64,000 nt of DNA from Clostridia bacterium (GTDB taxonomy: Bacteria > Bacillota > Clostridia > Oscillospirales > CAG-272), in contig JAGCXA010000014.1 of the NCBI GenBank assembly GCA_017961575.1, positions 17,980-81,979 on the forward strand, written 5' to 3'. A program made the position numbers and the translations under genes. The notes under the pieces are model-generated. The model searched no databases. It was not told where the DNA came from and worked only from the letters and a program-made list of their open reading frames with translations. Position 1 is the stretch's first letter. Each line of letters starts with the position of its first letter. Positions 60,366 through 64,000 of the stretch are shown here, piece after piece.

Positions 60366-62681
60366 TCAGTCGCCCTCGTCGGGATAAAGGACCGTGATCC
60401 GGACGACGGATCCGGCGGGGACTTTTTCACCCGGCGGGACCGATTGCGCGGAGACCGTCGCGTCGGCGTGCCCGAGCGGGTCGCCGATCCCGAAAAATCC
60501 GACGTTCAGTCCCGCCGAGAGGATCGCCGCGTTCGCATCAACCGGAGAGAGTCCGACGACGCGCGGAACGACGGCGATTTCCTTATTCGCGTTCTCCGTG
60601 TAGAGGATCACGCATCCCGTCGCGGGATCAAGCAGAACGCCCGGCGCGGGAAATTGACTCACCACCTCGTTTCCGTCTCCGATCACGCGGACCGACAGTC
60701 CGGCGTTTTTCGCGACCGCGCGCGCCTGATTGACGGTAAGCGAAAGGAAATTGTCTGCGGCGACGGGCTCCGGCGTCGGTTTTCCGTCGGTTTTCGCCTC
60801 GATATACGGGAGAACCGAACCGAGAAGAGAGGAGATGTACGGAGCGGCGACGATCGCGCCGTATTTTGCCGTCTGCGGCTCGTCGGCGACGATGATCGCG
60901 GCGATCTCGGCGTCGTCGGAGGGGGCGAACGCCACGCAGGACCCGACGCGCAGAAAGGAATTGCCGTTCGCGTCGAGAATATCGAACTTCTGACTGGTCC
61001 CGGTCTTCGCCGCGACCTTGTATCCCTTGACGTATGCGTTCCGCGCGCCGCCCGTGCCGGAGACCCCTTCTTCGAGGATCGCGGAGACGGTTGCGGCGGC
61101 GTCGGATGAGACGACCTGCCGTCTGACGGTCGTTTCGTGCGCAAACACGACCTTTCCGTCCGGATCGACGATCCTTTCGACGAGATAGGGCGTGACCAGG
61201 TTGCCCCCGTTCGCGACCGCGGCGACCGCGGTCAGTTGTCCGATGATCGAGACCTTGAATCGCTGTCCGAAAGACGCGGTGGCAAGTTCGGTCGTACCGA
61301 TCGCTTCTTTTTTATGGAACAGTCCCGTGACTTCTGACGGAAGGTCGATCCCGGTCTTTTCGAGATACCCGAATCGGACGAAATAGTCGTAGAAGCGCTC
61401 CGCGCCGATCCGTGCGCCGACCTGCATCAAGGTAGGGTTGCAGGACTGTTGCAGACCGTAGGCGAAACTGAAACCCTGTCCGTGTCCGCCCCTTTTATGG
61501 CAGGAGATCGAGTATCCGCCGATCTGCAACGCCCCGGTGCAGTCGAAGGTATCGGCGGGCGTCACGACCCCGAGATCGAGCGCCGTCGCCGCCGTGACGA
61601 TCTTAAAGGTCGAGCCGGGTTCGTAGAGTTCGCTCGTCGCCTTGTTCCGCCACATCGTGTAGAGGAGTTCGCTTTTCAGTTTCGCGTACTCGTCGCCGCC
61701 CTTTTCGTATCCGGACGCACTCAGCTTTTCCTGCGAGATCGCGTCGAGGGTGAAGGGATCGTTGCAGTCGAAGGGGCTTGACGTCGCCATCGCGAGGATC
61801 GCACCCGTTTTCACGTTCATCACGATCCCGGTCACGCGGTTCTGTACGTCGAAAGTTTTGCGGATCTCTTCAAGGAGGGATTCAAGCCGCGACTCGATAT
61901 AGGGATCGAGCGTCGTTTCGATGCTGTTTCCGGGGATCGGTTCACGGTAGGCGACGCCGACGCCGTCGAGTTCGCGTCCGGTCGCGTCCTTGGCGTGTAA
62001 AAAAGCCCCGTTTTCGCCCGAAAGCACTTCGTCGTAAAAGTATTCGAGCCCGAAGAGACCTTGCTGATCCGCGCCGGTGAAACCGATCGTGTGCGAAGCG
62101 AAGGTTCCGAGGGGATAGAAACGGACGACCGAGGGGTCGGCGTGCACCATCTTTTCAAGTCGGTTTTCCGCAATGAAGGCGAGCACCCGGCGGAATACGT
62201 CCGTGTCGACGTTGCGTCCCACCGTCTGATCGAGCGTGCCGCTCTTTTTCGCGCGCGAGTAGATCACGTCCCGATCCACGCCGAGCAGGGGGGACAGACC
62301 GTCGGCGATCAGCGTCGCGTAGTCCACGCCGTTGCGTTCGCCCTCTTCCCGGACGTCGACGGGCGAGAGATAGACGCGCCAGACGGTCTTGTCGCAGGCG
62401 AGAACCGTCCCGTCGCGGGCAAGGATCTTTCCGCGCGGCGCCGTCAGAGGGGAAGCGGTACGCACCTGTTCTTCAACCATCCGGCTGTAACGGGCGTATC
62501 CGAAGACCTGCATCCCGAAGATGCGGACGAGGAGAAACGCCCCGAACGTAAGGAAAGCGAGAAAAAGCGCGACGGCGCGGCGCCGCGTGAAGGGATACGC
62601 CATTCTGAGATTCCGTCGTCCCTGCTGCATTGCGACCTCCGAATACAAAAAAAGAAAGCGAGCCATACGGTTCGCTTTCAT
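60366..62681 (-). CDS. Class B penicillin-binding protein with C-terminal PASTA domains (FtsI/SpoVD-type)
   Basis: N-terminal TM, dimerisation domain, SxxK (GSTFKIV), KTGTS, and two PASTA-like repeats at the C-terminus. The likely true start is the internal ATG at 62630. Confidence 0.9.
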   Translation of the reverse strand: MKANRMARFLFLYSEVAMQQGRRNLRMAYPFTRRRAVALFLAFLTFGAFLLVRIFGMQVFGYARYSRMVEEQVRTASPLTAPRGKILARDGTVLACDKTVWRVYLSPVDVREEGERNGVDYATLIADGLSPLLGVDRDVIYSRAKKSGTLDQTVGRNVDTDVFRRVLAFIAENRLEKMVHADPSVVRFYPLGTFASHTIGFTGADQQGLFGLEYFYDEVLSGENGAFLHAKDATGRELDGVGVAYREPIPGNSIETTLDPYIESRLESLLEEIRKTFDVQNRVTGIVMNVKTGAILAMATSSPFDCNDPFTLDAISQEKLSASGYEKGGDEYAKLKSELLYTMWRNKATSELYEPGSTFKIVTAATALDLGVVTPADTFDCTGALQIGGYSISCHKRGGHGQGFSFAYGLQQSCNPTLMQVGARIGAERFYDYFVRFGYLEKTGIDLPSEVTGLFHKKEAIGTTELATASFGQRFKVSIIGQLTAVAAVANGGNLVTPYLVERIVDPDGKVVFAHETTVRRQVVSSDAAATVSAILEEGVSGTGGARNAYVKGYKVAAKTGTSQKFDILDANGNSFLRVGSCVAFAPSDDAEIAAIIVADEPQTAKYGAIVAAPYISSLLGSVLPYIEAKTDGKPTPEPVAADNFLSLTVNQARAVAKNAGLSVRVIGDGNEVVSQFPAPGVLLDPATGCVILYTENANKEIAVVPRVVGLSPVDANAAILSAGLNVGFFGIGDPLGHADATVSAQSVPPGEKVPAGSVVRITVLYPDEGD

Positions 62682-62703
62682 TCTATTCGGTTGTCTCTTC
62701 GCA

Positions 62704-63120
62704 TTATTCCATCGTGGTGTCGATCTGCTGCGCCTGCGGGAACACGATCTGCACGGCGGAGGGTTCGGTCACCGTGTTGATCGAGATCGAGGCGGACTGG
62801 TCGCCGCCGTTCGAGGGAACGTACTCTTTGGTCGAAACGTCCTTCATAAAGCGGATCGTGCAGAACAGGAAGAGCGCGCAGGAAAGGAGCAGCGCGAGGG
62901 AAGACAGCACGGGATGACGCCGGGAAAGTTTACGGATCCCGGAAGACGCGCGCTTTTTGCCCGTCTTGACGGGGCCGAAGCCTTCGTTTGCCGCCTTCGC
63001 CATCATAAATTCGCCGATGGTACGGTTGCCGCTGAAATCAAAGCGGCTTCTCATTTTCAGATACAGTTCGTTGGTTCCGTTCTCTTCGGAAGACCGGTTT
63101 TGAATCATATTGTACGTCAT
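62704..63120 (-). CDS. FtsL-position bitopic division protein (single TM, long cytoplasmic N-terminus)
   Basis: 138 aa with one TM (VLSSLALLLSCALFLFCTI). Sits between rsmH and the class B PBP, and its start overlaps the rsmH stop (ATGA). The call rests on position, not sequence. Confidence 0.55.
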   Translation of the reverse strand: MTYNMIQNRSSEENGTNELYLKMRSRFDFSGNRTIGEFMMAKAANEGFGPVKTGKKRASSGIRKLSRRHPVLSSLALLLSCALFLFCTIRFMKDVSTKEYVPSNGGDQSASISINTVTEPSAVQIVFPQAQQIDTTME

Positions 63121-64000
63121 TTCGTTTCTCCTCTCTTTTCGGTCGCGGGGATCGGAAGTTTTGTTGCGATCCGGAGTTTCGCGCTCCGGGATCTCGGGTT
63201 TTCATCAAGTTCTTTTTCGCTCGGCAGGATCGGTTTTTTCGTGTCGATCCTGACGGTCGGTTTTCTGCCGCATACGCAGACGGGGAAGTCGCGGGGACAG
63301 ATGCAGGGATTTGCGAGTTCCGACAGGGTGTTTTTTACGATTTTATCTTCTCCCGATTGGAAGGAAATAATCACGAGTTTTCCGCCGGGGGTCAGTTTTT
63401 CGGCGGCGCCGCGCACGGCGGGCGAGATGGCGTCGAGTTCACGGTTGACTTCGATCCGGATCGCCTGAAAGGTTTTTTTCGCCGGGTGATGTCCCGTCGC
63501 GCGGAATTTCTGCGGGATGGCGGAGCAGATAATATCGGAGAGTTCCGCCGTCGATTCGATGGGTTTGACCGCCCGACGCCTGACGATCGCGGAGACGATG
63601 GAGGAGGCGAAGCGTTCCTCGCCGTAAGTATCGATGATTTTGAGAAGCCGCTCGGGGGGGTATCCGTTCACGACGTCGCGCGCCGTCAGCGTGTCCTCCC
63701 GGTTCATCCGCATATCGAGCGGCGCGTCCTTCATATAGGAAAAGCCGCGGCTCGCCTCGGTCTGCTGAAAAGCGGAACAGCCGAGGTCCATTAAAACCCC
63801 GCCGAGGTTTTCGATCCGAAATTCGTCGAGCACCGACGCGATCTCGGAAAAATTGACGTGTACGAAGGTGATCTTGTCCCGAAAGGGAGCAAGCCGTTTC
63901 TTTGCCGCGTTGAGCGCGTCGGCGTCGCGGTCAAGACAGATCAGACGCCCTCTTTCACCGAGCCGACGGGCGATCTCGAAGGAGTGACCTCCTCCGCCGG
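63117..64000 (-). CDS. rsmH: 16S rRNA (cytosine1402-N4)-methyltransferase RsmH; the 5' end is outside the window
   Basis: The frame stays open to the window edge, where GGGGHS is encoded (63981-63998 on the minus strand). Motifs DLGCSAFQ and RSRSAKLR. Confidence 0.9.
   Translation of the reverse strand, partial: GGGGHSFEIARRLGERGRLICLDRDADALNAAKKRLAPFRDKITFVHVNFSEIASVLDEFRIENLGGVLMDLGCSAFQQTEASRGFSYMKDAPLDMRMNREDTLTARDVVNGYPPERLLKIIDTYGEERFASSIVSAIVRRRAVKPIESTAELSDIICSAIPQKFRATGHHPAKKTFQAIRIEVNRELDAISPAVRGAAEKLTPGGKLVIISFQSGEDKIVKNTLSELANPCICPRDFPVCVCGRKPTVRIDTKKPILPSEKELDENPRSRSAKLRIATKLPIPATEKRGETK

Overview
This is a chromosomal window from a high-GC, endospore-forming Firmicute. The taxonomic call rests on Clostridia-type gene content and synteny: gdpP-rplI-dnaB, tilS-hpt-ftsH, spoIIGA-sigE, dgt-dnaG-sigA, ecfA1A2T-truA and a dcw cluster with SpoVD/SpoVE-type genes. 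I support about 55 protein-coding genes, tightly packed, many with ATGA/GTGA start-stop overlaps, and I see no rRNA, tRNA, CRISPR array, transposase or integrase. Most of the window is housekeeping: replication, recombination, transcription, cell wall and division. Three stretches are not ordinary core. (1) 44.4-50.5 kb holds a TerB-N/TerB-C protein, a DUF2791/BrxD-like P-loop ATPase and an Lhr-like SF2 helicase. This is the triad I recall being named Shango. Here it has an extra translationally coupled SAM methyltransferase and a perfect consensus extended -10 promoter, and it appears to read through into hslO-pfk. It is my best candidate for the interesting system. (2) 16.3-23.3 kb is a seven-gene carbohydrate operon whose substrate I cannot assign. 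It encodes a ceramidase-like hydrolase, a FucI-like isomerase, an FGGY kinase, an archaeal-type TIM paralog, a single-SIS isomerase, a YjbQ-like protein and an FSA/transaldolase. (3) 24.3-33.2 kb is a minus-strand gene string in which two ~930-aa YfhO-family paralogs and a DUF951 gene are fused to ruvA-ruvB. The many long antisense or alternate-frame ORFs in the track are GC-driven shadow ORFs, and I reject them. All functional calls come from motif and family recognition by eye. No searches were run.
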